The notes beneath the pieces are model-generated. The model was not told where the DNA came from. It made no database searches and was given only the letters and a program-made list of their open reading frames with translations. Shown piece after piece: positions 55,303-64,000 of a DNA stretch of 64,000 bases. The position numbers were made by a program, and so were the translations under genes. Positions within the stretch are counted from its first letter, which is position 1. Every line of letters starts with the position of its first letter. This DNA comes from Eledone cirrhosa (lineage: Eukaryota), in the NCBI GenBank assembly GCA_964016885.1, contig OZ024742.1, positions 55,738,001-55,802,000 on the forward strand, in the 5' to 3' direction.

Positions 55303-57335
55303 CGCAATACGGTAGAAATCACTCGAATTGTGTGAGACATATACAAGCACTCAACTATGCGAAAATTCAATATATAGGGTGTATATAGGGTGTCATTTGC
55401 TGTTCAATGGTATTAAATTGAGATACCAGAACTATAAAATTGAGATGAGCGGAACAAATAAGCATTAAACAATCTTTTAAAAAAATTAAAATACGTTTTA
55501 AATATTCACCTATCCAAAATACATTTACCGATGGTTTCGCCTCACAAAAGATTGGAAATCCAAAGGACTTCCAATGAAAAGATCGGCTCTTCAGAAAGCT
55601 ATTTCTATTCCATAGGACGTAAAGTCTCACAGTTTGTAAATATATCGCCTGCTGTCACCTAGCGTAAGGTAAGGTCGTTAAAATGACCCACACATAAACT
55701 GGTCGTTAGTAAAAGCGGGAATATTATAGACGTGTTGTTTGCCACGCTACTAAAAATAGCAGTTAGGTAAACGCTTTATATATATATATATATTAAAATA
55801 ACAGATTAAAGTTTAACCAAAATTCGATGCTTTCACCCTTAACGGGATCTTCTGAAACTAAAATAAATCAATCTGTGAACACAGAAGTAAATATTTCAAA
55901 AAACGTTGCAACCACGTTTATGGAATAAAAGAAGTCGTAGACTAATATTCCATTAGGTGGTTCGTGGAGACGTTCTCTGGCAATGAGGCAATGAACGGAG
56001 AAACCGAAGATAATACGTCATTATGTGGAGCGTTGAGAACAATTAAAAGCAAAGACAAATCTACGAATATGGTATAACTGAAGTCGTAGACTAAAATTCT
56101 ATTTAGTAAACCGAATGATTTTCGGCTTCAGAGTTAAGAATAAAGTAAATAAATTACAGAGGTAATTGAAATTAAATATATACAGGCACGCATCCATATA
56201 CGTACATACACAAGAATACGCGAAAACACTCGCCTTGGGTATGCAAATACAAGTACGTACACAAAAACGCACGTACGCACATACCGTATACATTTATTAA
56301 ACAGGAATTGGAGGGATATTTCTAGTTTAGAGAATATCGAATTATTTATACTAGATCACACAGATTTTATTCTCCTTGCAGTTAATTTTAATATTCAGGC
56401 CATTCATGTGCTTTTTCGTATTTTAAGACGTTTTAAAGATATCGTATTGATCAAAGTATCGTGGTAGAAAAGTTGCATAGACGGAATTGAAATGCCCATA
56501 TATTTTCCGGTTGATTTGACGGGGCATTTGCGTCAACAGTATAAGTTTCAGTAGAATAATTAACCATTTACATATATGTTTTCGTGCTGAACATATATAA
56601 CCATCGTTAAACTGACGGAGGACACACTTTTGGAATAATCCTTTCTGAAAGGACTTAATGTTGCGGTTCCAAGGTCTTAAACTATGTAAGTAAGGGTCAA
56701 TTATTGTATATAAGTGCATGGTAGAAGCTTCCCTTATTAATTGGCATCCAATCCTTTAGAAGCATGTACGTCAATCTCAGTAGAAACAATGGTTGTGACA
56801 GTAATTGTTTGTAACGCATGCACAAGGAGTGGCTGTTTTTGTAGTAGGAAATAAAATGTATAAATGTATCGCTTTACTAGGAAGCACTTCACAAAATGTT
56901 ATTAAGTAGTATGAAGTGGTTAAAGGTAGGAAAGCACTTCACAAAATGTTATTAAGTCGTATGAAGTGGGTTAATTGTTCCCAGGGAAGAAGAACTTAAC
57001 ACCACACCGCTGTTTGCAGAAAATGGCAGAAGAATAATACAAATGTGTTTCGTTTCTGGCATCTAACTCTGTTTAATACGTTATACACATCTGAACATAC
57101 TTAACTTTCTGCAAATGAAATGCAACATTGAATATATTATGGATATCGATGTTACAGAACTCCTGGCAATAGCTAGAACATTTATAATTGCAACATACCA
57201 GAGACCAAGGGGAATAGAAAAGGTATAAAAACCACACACTATATGGAGATATATATATATATATATTTACAATCATAAACAAGCAGTTGTTCATTAAAAG
57301 TAACGATTTTGAAATACGTATACTTTTACCCTTAA

Positions 57336-58111
57336 CCCTATTATGTCGACAATGGAGACGGGGACTCTCAAAGCACATCCTCGTGGGCTTTTTGTTTTGC
57401 ATAAAATTTGAAAGGAAGCAGATTTTTTTCCGACATTTGGTGACTTTTCCGAAACTTTACTCTGTTAAATGCTCACATAACAGATTTTGAAAAACCTTTC
57501 GCTGTTGTCATGGAGACGACAGGAGTTGAACAGAGGGTATAAAATGATGATTTTTTGTTGTTTTTCTTGTTCAAAAATCTGATTATACAGACTTTGTAAC
57601 AAAAACACAATATCATCAATCTATGTTATGTGTTTTGAGCAGCACTGCAACTGTTGCTATGGCTAACACGTCGTTTCCATGGTAACCATGTGGTTACATT
57701 GGCAATATTTTTTTCCCAATTTGCAAATATTTTGACATTGCATTCTCGTTGTTTCACTATTATCAAACATGGCAAATAGAAGGTACATGATAGTACCTAT
57801 ATGCAGTACCTATATGCAGTACCTATATGCAGTACCTATATCGGTGAAAGGTTTCTTGCTCACAACCTTAGAGGTTCTGGGAAGTTATTCTGGAACAATA
57901 TAAAAGTACTACATTTTAACTCATCTGTGTACAACTGATGCCATGAGAATAATAAAAACGCAAGTAATATTTTTCTAATGCAGATATTTGATAATCAATG
58001 GTCTATACTTGTGCTAAGTTTCATTGTCATAGAATTATTGGTTCAGGGAGTTTCGCATAGCCCTCCCACCTCCGGCTTACGGAGAGCCTAAAAAGCCCAG
58101 GTCTTTTAGGG
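57336..58111. mobile_element. Non-autonomous TTAA-flanked DNA transposon (piggyBac-like ends)
   Basis: TTAA|CCCTA...TAGGG|TTAA; no ORF; internal palindromes and a 13-bp tandem (AGTACCTATATGC) at ~57791-57840. Confidence 0.65.
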
Positions 58112-61100
58112 TTAAATTAGATGTTTAAGCAATCAGGTATATAGAGGAAACTAAATGTGTCAACGGCAATAAAAAGAAAACATACGAGTGTCAAGTCTGT
58201 CGATGTAAATCGGATAATGTATAATAAGAAACACCTGCGATTTAAAAACAATTTAAAAGCAATTATGTGAAATTATTTCAGGGACAGTGAAAATGATAGT
58301 AGATATTTAGTTACTTGTCTTTACAGTCTATGTAAATAGGTGTAATTAAATCTGATAATATATGTGGAGCACGAGCTCGAATGGAAGCTCAACGTGTATG
58401 GTGGTGTCACTTTTCTGTGCATACCTCGGACAGTTTTAGCTACTCGTACATCTTGCAGAGATTTTTCCTCAGCAAGAAAATGATCCTTGTAGAGCTGCCA
58501 AAATTTGGATGTTTATCCAAAGCCACTGACCGAGAGAGACTATTCGGAATGATTCTCGTCGTTACCCAGAATAATTCCATGGCCTTAGTCGATTATACCT
58601 ACATTCAACCGTTCATACATAGCTGCAATGTATGACGTTGAGTCAAGTATATGCTTAACAGTGGTCCTGAAGTGATGTTCCTAACATCAGTACTTTATTT
58701 ACTCAGATCAAACAAGATCTAATATTGCGAAAAGTTTTATCTCTCGAACTATCAGCAGTGAATGTTATAGACGTAATGATAGTCCAGGAAAAGGTACAGC
58801 AAACAACCTGGTATTTTCAGAACCTCTGTTAATGGATTTTTTTTTCAGGAGCCAGATCTCCTTAACAATGGAAATGTTTGCACCCGCGAAAGCTTGAAGA
58901 GAAATATTGCAAATCCGAATCTGATTTTGTGTTACCTGAAACTCGACATTACCCTCAGGTGATATTGCTCCACAGAAGGTATGTAACAATTCCACACCTC
59001 CAAACAATTCTTTAGAAGCATATTTTCATTTGCCCATTTTTGAGTTATATAAAGTAATAGATTGTATATCCTCAAATATATTCTTCCTCTGCCACTAAAG
59101 AATACTCTTTTTCGAAATTCGTACAGACAATCAAATATGTGATTTCTTTTTCTTTAAGATGTTTCCGTCACCTGAGTCAGCGGAATGTTATTTTTTGGAG
59201 CTGCCTAAGATATGAGATCAAGACCTACCGAATTTGTCTCTGCTTTATTCAATGATTAGAAAAAATGTCAAACTCTGCGTTATTCTTCTGCCCATTATAT
59301 CTGTATCCCCTCCCCTTCTCTCATTCTCCTTTTCCCTTTCTTCCTTCATTATCTATGTCTTTCTCCTCATTCAAGATATCTGAGGAATTAGGTCACGCTG
59401 AATGTGTTACCAAATTACTGTTCACAATGAGCCTTCATTAATCTTTTCACCTCCACTATGTGACCACACTAAGAAAAAAAAAACATTACATTTTCCCCAT
59501 AAACTGTCTAACAACAAAATGAATTTGTACATCACAAATAGTAAAAAAGGTTTCATAGTGTAATAATAGCGATAAAACTACCACGTGAGAGAATGGTATA
59601 AACAACTAATGGAATAGAAGAATAGCATCTAAGAAATGCCTTCGACACTCTAAAATACGAATTGTTCTTACTCATACATAATTGTCATGATTAAACTTAT
59701 TTCAATGTCTCAAGAAACCTAGACGTTAGTGTATGCTTTCAGGTATTGACTGTTTAGAAATCCTGAAATATAATTCTATTTAGGTCTTCATGATTTCAAT
59801 ATAGAGAAACGTATATATTTCTCAGGTAGGGGAGATTCCATTAGAATCATTTTCTAATGAAGTTCAATAGAGTTAATTACTCGACGTACTGAATGCTTAT
59901 AAGTGGAAGTCGTTTGTTTGTGTCAAATAATTCAGTGAGAAATATAGCATATTTCATTCGCCCCCTAATGTGGTATAAAAATACAAATCTCAGCATAGAA
60001 AAAATAAATATATTTAAATGGATATATCATCATCATAGTCTTTATCTTCATGAGTAACAGCAGCATCATCATTCCCAACATGAGAAAAGAGTACAACTGC
60101 GGAGCAAGGCAAGCTAAGTAGGAAAATCATTGGAACTTTGTTCCTAATACAGTATGAGGTCAAATATAGGCGTAGACAAACAAACAAGAACATAGAAGAA
60201 TTAAAGGGAATCGAACCTTTGACGTCGAAAAAATTCAATGTTATAATATTGTATTGAAAGTTTACCGTGCATCGCTTTATGTACGATTTACGTTAAACAA
60301 AACTTCACAGCATCGGGTAGTACACATTCTTCTTTGTCTAAGAAAGTTGCTCTAAAGCAAGAAGTTTATTAATTAACTATTTTCCCGACATTTACCTCTA
60401 ACCTGACACTGAACTAAATGGTTTTAGTCGAGCGAAATTTAAGTATTAAATTAAGTATTTTGTATCGGTTAAACCGTTCATAATGAATGTCGTGGATCTT
60501 TCGACTAGATCTAATCAAATTTGAAACAATATGATGAATAACCTGAGGCAAACCCTATATCTTGCGTTATTGCTTCCATTAAATATATGCATAGTTAGAA
60601 AAGCAGCGAGAAGTAAACTGGGCAATGACCTTGTTATGTAGAAATAGTAATGCAATATACAGCCACAGAGGATACATCTCTATCTAAATATGTGGCTCAC
60701 AATGGAATATAGGTCTGCAATAATCTCGAGCTTTTATCTTCAATTATGTATTTTTCGATGTACGATTGATCTTTTCGATATTGGAATCAAAGCAATATGG
60801 AACTCACATAAGACGACAAAAGCCATAAACATTATTTAAATCATGTCATTTCCTCCCACTATGCATTTACATCAAATCACATCCGTATCGACGATCCTCG
60901 CTGTAGTGTGAGTAAATTAAATATAAATATCAGACAATTTCTCATCCTCATAATAACCCAATAATAATCATATAAATTCTAGTTTTAGGATTTATTGAAG
61001 AAATTTCCCCTGGTACCATCGTGTATTTATTATTCTTATTTTTTTGGTGGGATGTAACAGGCAATATTTTACTGCTGTAGTTAATAGTTATATGTTTAGA

Positions 61101-61723
61101 ATTATTGCTATACAATCCAATGGTTAATGGGCTGAGATCTTATAATGCAATAAGATTATTGAGAATATCAAATTAATTATTAAGGAAGGAAATGACAGGA
61201 AAAAAACCTGTCTAGATGTAACAATAAAAAAATAGAAAACAAAACAGACTTAATATTCCGAATATTATTTACATTTTGAATAGTTAAGAATCCTGCCTAC
61301 AAGCCATGACTACCTATTACCATGAATACTAACAAAATAATAATATAAAACTAAAACGCCCAGACAGTTACTTATTTGATACAAGGTAAATTTTCGGGGA
61401 ATTATCTCGAAGCTAAATATCAACAGGAAGCGATGTTTTCATCACGAGTTTCAAGACATGAATTGATAAAACCAAGTATAGTGCTATAAATGGGATTCAG
61501 TGTAAAGGTAATGCACTTCTAATTCGAAATAAATTTTCAACGGAAATATATATCAAAATTAGACTGTTTTCTCTTTTTCTATTCTTGATTTATTTTCTTT
61601 TTACTTTTAAGGTCTGATATTCATCCTCACTTTTTCTCTCCTATCTCTCTCTCTTTCTCTCCAACTTTCGATATCTCTTTGTCTCTACCTCGCATTAAAT
61701 TAACACCCCCTTAATCTATAGCA

Positions 61724-62103
61724 TGTAGGGGTCCGTAAGAACGAGACACTCGGAGAGAATTCAATGCAGCCAACGATACGGGGTGGCAGGAGACGTTATA
61801 TTTGTCATCTTGTAGCAAACAACGTGATTGGGGAGAGGAGGAAAGACGTGTGAGACGGCGGCGCTTGAGTATACTCGACATGAAGTGCAGTGGTCCATAG
61901 AGTAGTAGTAGAAAATTTCGAGAGGGGGTGAGAGATTGTAGAGAGAGCTTATTAATGACGAGCTTCTGGGAGTGAATTTCCTTGGACTTTCTCCGCCGCC
62001 ATGTAAAACTGAATATATAGTTGGTTTTATTTTGGTTTTTTCCTTGAGACATTTTATTTCATTGAGAAACAATTCTTACTTTATTAACGTTATCTCCCCT
62101 ACT
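61724..62103. mobile_element. Candidate solo LTR
   Basis: TGTAGGGG...CCCCTAC(T) terminal inverted repeat around a ~380-bp block that is GC-richer than its flanks; no clear TSD. Confidence 0.4.
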
Positions 62104-62190
62104 CATGTACATTAACACTTAAAAATATATATTCCGTATTGTGTTTCGTTGGCTTGGCTACAGCCGAAGCTTCGATTTTACTAAACTTCC

Positions 62191-62266
<76 letters not shown>

Positions 62267-62399
62267 TGTGTTTGTTTGAAGTGCATGAGACAATTTCCAA
62301 AATTAGATCATATACGAACTTTGTACATAACTTTCAACTCCCATTCGTTTCTATGTACAAACAAAACAAACATGTGAACTAGAGAGGATAGAACCAATA

Positions 62400-63195
62400 C
62401 TATTGATATTATTATGGGATCTTGTGACTCAGATCGGATCACTTATCAGGTTAGAATATATATTCTGACATACCTAAAAAGGAGATCTTCTGTTTGGGCG
62501 GAGGACTGTACCGTCGTGACGCCCATTTTACATCAGCTAACTTTACTAATACTATGATAAAAAGGAAACAGAAATTCTTACAGACTTAGTCATACACTCG
62601 GCATTCAAACTAGAAATAGAACAAAACAGGGAAATATTTAACTTCTTAGACATACCACCGGTTTTTACATCTGGATTATAGTACAATTAACACAAACCTA
62701 AAGAACATGTTATTTAAATACCAATTACAACCAGCGTAGACCAGTATTGTTAAGATTGCTTCCACTAGAATCCCAAAACGACTTGCTATTTACAAAATAC
62801 TCAATAGTAACTTTGATTATTATGAAACACTATCTAGGACAGGATGGAAAGAAAAACTGGAATACGCCCCGGATTATTTGACACACCAAAGGAAATTATA
62901 GTTAATTAACCCATGCGAACAATTCCAGTTACCACCTCAATTCATGAATGCACCTATTTATCTATATACCCAAGAGAATATTCTACCTTGTTAATACAAA
63001 TACCATCATATGTAACACATTCTACTACCAATAAAATATTTCTAATAGGGTAAACCAACAAAGGGTATACAATCTTAAGGGCTGTAATAAACGATAAACA
63101 TGGTATACAAACAAGCGAGGTATCAATCAGAGTCAGACATGGTTTGCCAGAAATATGCAGTACCAAGTGGAGTAATATATAGATAATTACATCCT
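62400..63195 (+). mobile_element. Old decayed PLE RT/linker remnant related to family A
   Basis: MGSCDSD, GGGLYRRD (cf. GGIYRDD), KLEIE..IFNFLDI, YYETLSRTGWKEKLEY (cf. YYNNALSKAGYPDKIKY). Confidence 0.7.
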
Positions 63196-63219
63196 ATTTT
63201 CGTATATATATATATATAT

Positions 63220-63610
63220 ACCCTGCTGAAACAGTCTCTTCTACGATGGCTCGGTCACGTACATCTTATGCCGGACAGGAAGACGCCAAAATACCTATAG
63301 CATGAGGAAATGGCCACCGGCACAAGAACACGAGGATCACTTAATCTTCGTTTCACAGAGATGTGAAGTTAATAAACCTGGACACCCATAGCAAGGTGGA
63401 GGTCACCAATTGTCGTCAACGATCGACACGAGTACTACGCAAGGGGGTGCAGCTAGCACCGGATAGATCATCTATAAATTCAGTCGCTGTATACAGGACT
63501 GCCACTTCCCCGTGGGCCTATACAGCCACAACAGTTACTGCAGCACGATCAAGCAGCTGACACAAATTTCTTCATGCGCAGATCCATGACTTTAGAGACC
63601 AACGGATGTT
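63220..63610 (+). mobile_element. RTE (BovB-like) LINE 3' fragment
   Basis: WLGHVHLMPDRKTPK..EMATGTR.RG..LRF; SRCIQDCHFPVGLYSHNSYC; followed by (TAA)n. Confidence 0.8.
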
Positions 63611-64000
63611 AATAATAATAATAATAATTATTATTATTATTATTATTATATATATATATATAACAATTGTTTCACTGCTAGAGTTGTCTAAAAATTGCTA
63701 AACACTAAAAGCAGTGGCAATCAATTTTAAATACGATGTTAACTCTATTAGATCTTCAGAAAATGTTAAAAGAATATATATATGTAACCGGCAAATTTAA
63801 AAAATTCAAATTACATCATCAATAATAATTGTTTCTATTTTAGGCACCAATAATAATATTAATAAGAAAGATATAGAGAGAAAAGGGGGAAGAAAGGGAG
63901 ATAGATACAGTAAAGAAAGAAAGGAAAGAAAGGAGAAAGAAGAAGAAGGAAAAAGAAAAAGAAAAAGAGAAAGAAGAAGAAAATGGAGAAATTATTATAG

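Noticed and set aside
58130-59300. Possible transposase remnant
   Set aside because: Only vague similarity and no catalytic motif identifiable by eye.
61140-61540. Possible PLE RT relic (NIKLIIKEGNDRKKTCLDVTI)
   Set aside because: A single short motif, too degraded to support a call without a profile search.

Overview
Eukaryotic, AT- and microsatellite-rich intergenic or intronic DNA. The SINE families resemble, from memory, those of octopus/cephalopods, so the host is inferred only. No intact host gene is visible, and almost all short ORFs in the track are translations of (TA)n/(CA)n/(GA)n. The window is a retroelement graveyard. (1) There are several families of Penelope-like elements (PLEs; RT plus C-terminal GIY-YIG), nearly all in (TA)n and built as long inverted repeats whose pseudo-LTRs carry minimal hammerhead ribozyme (HHR) motifs. 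About 20 intact or decayed HHR motifs from about 8 sequence families were found by eye, including short ORF-less hairpins with an HHR on each strand. (2) There is an RTE-clade LINE with C-terminal C2H2 fingers, plus ~0.55-kb bipartite RTE derivatives in (TATG)n that have a possible HDV-like ribozyme core. (3) A nested array of L1/Tx1 and R4/Dong elements is joined mostly by (AAT)n. (4) The rest comprises tRNA-derived SINEs, a TTAA-flanked MITE, a candidate solo LTR and a frameshifted MAK16 3' retro-fragment. The best candidate for an undescribed system is the set of palindromic, ambisense-hammerhead, non-autonomous PLE derivatives. All alignments and folds were done by eye, and the boundaries of decayed elements are approximate.
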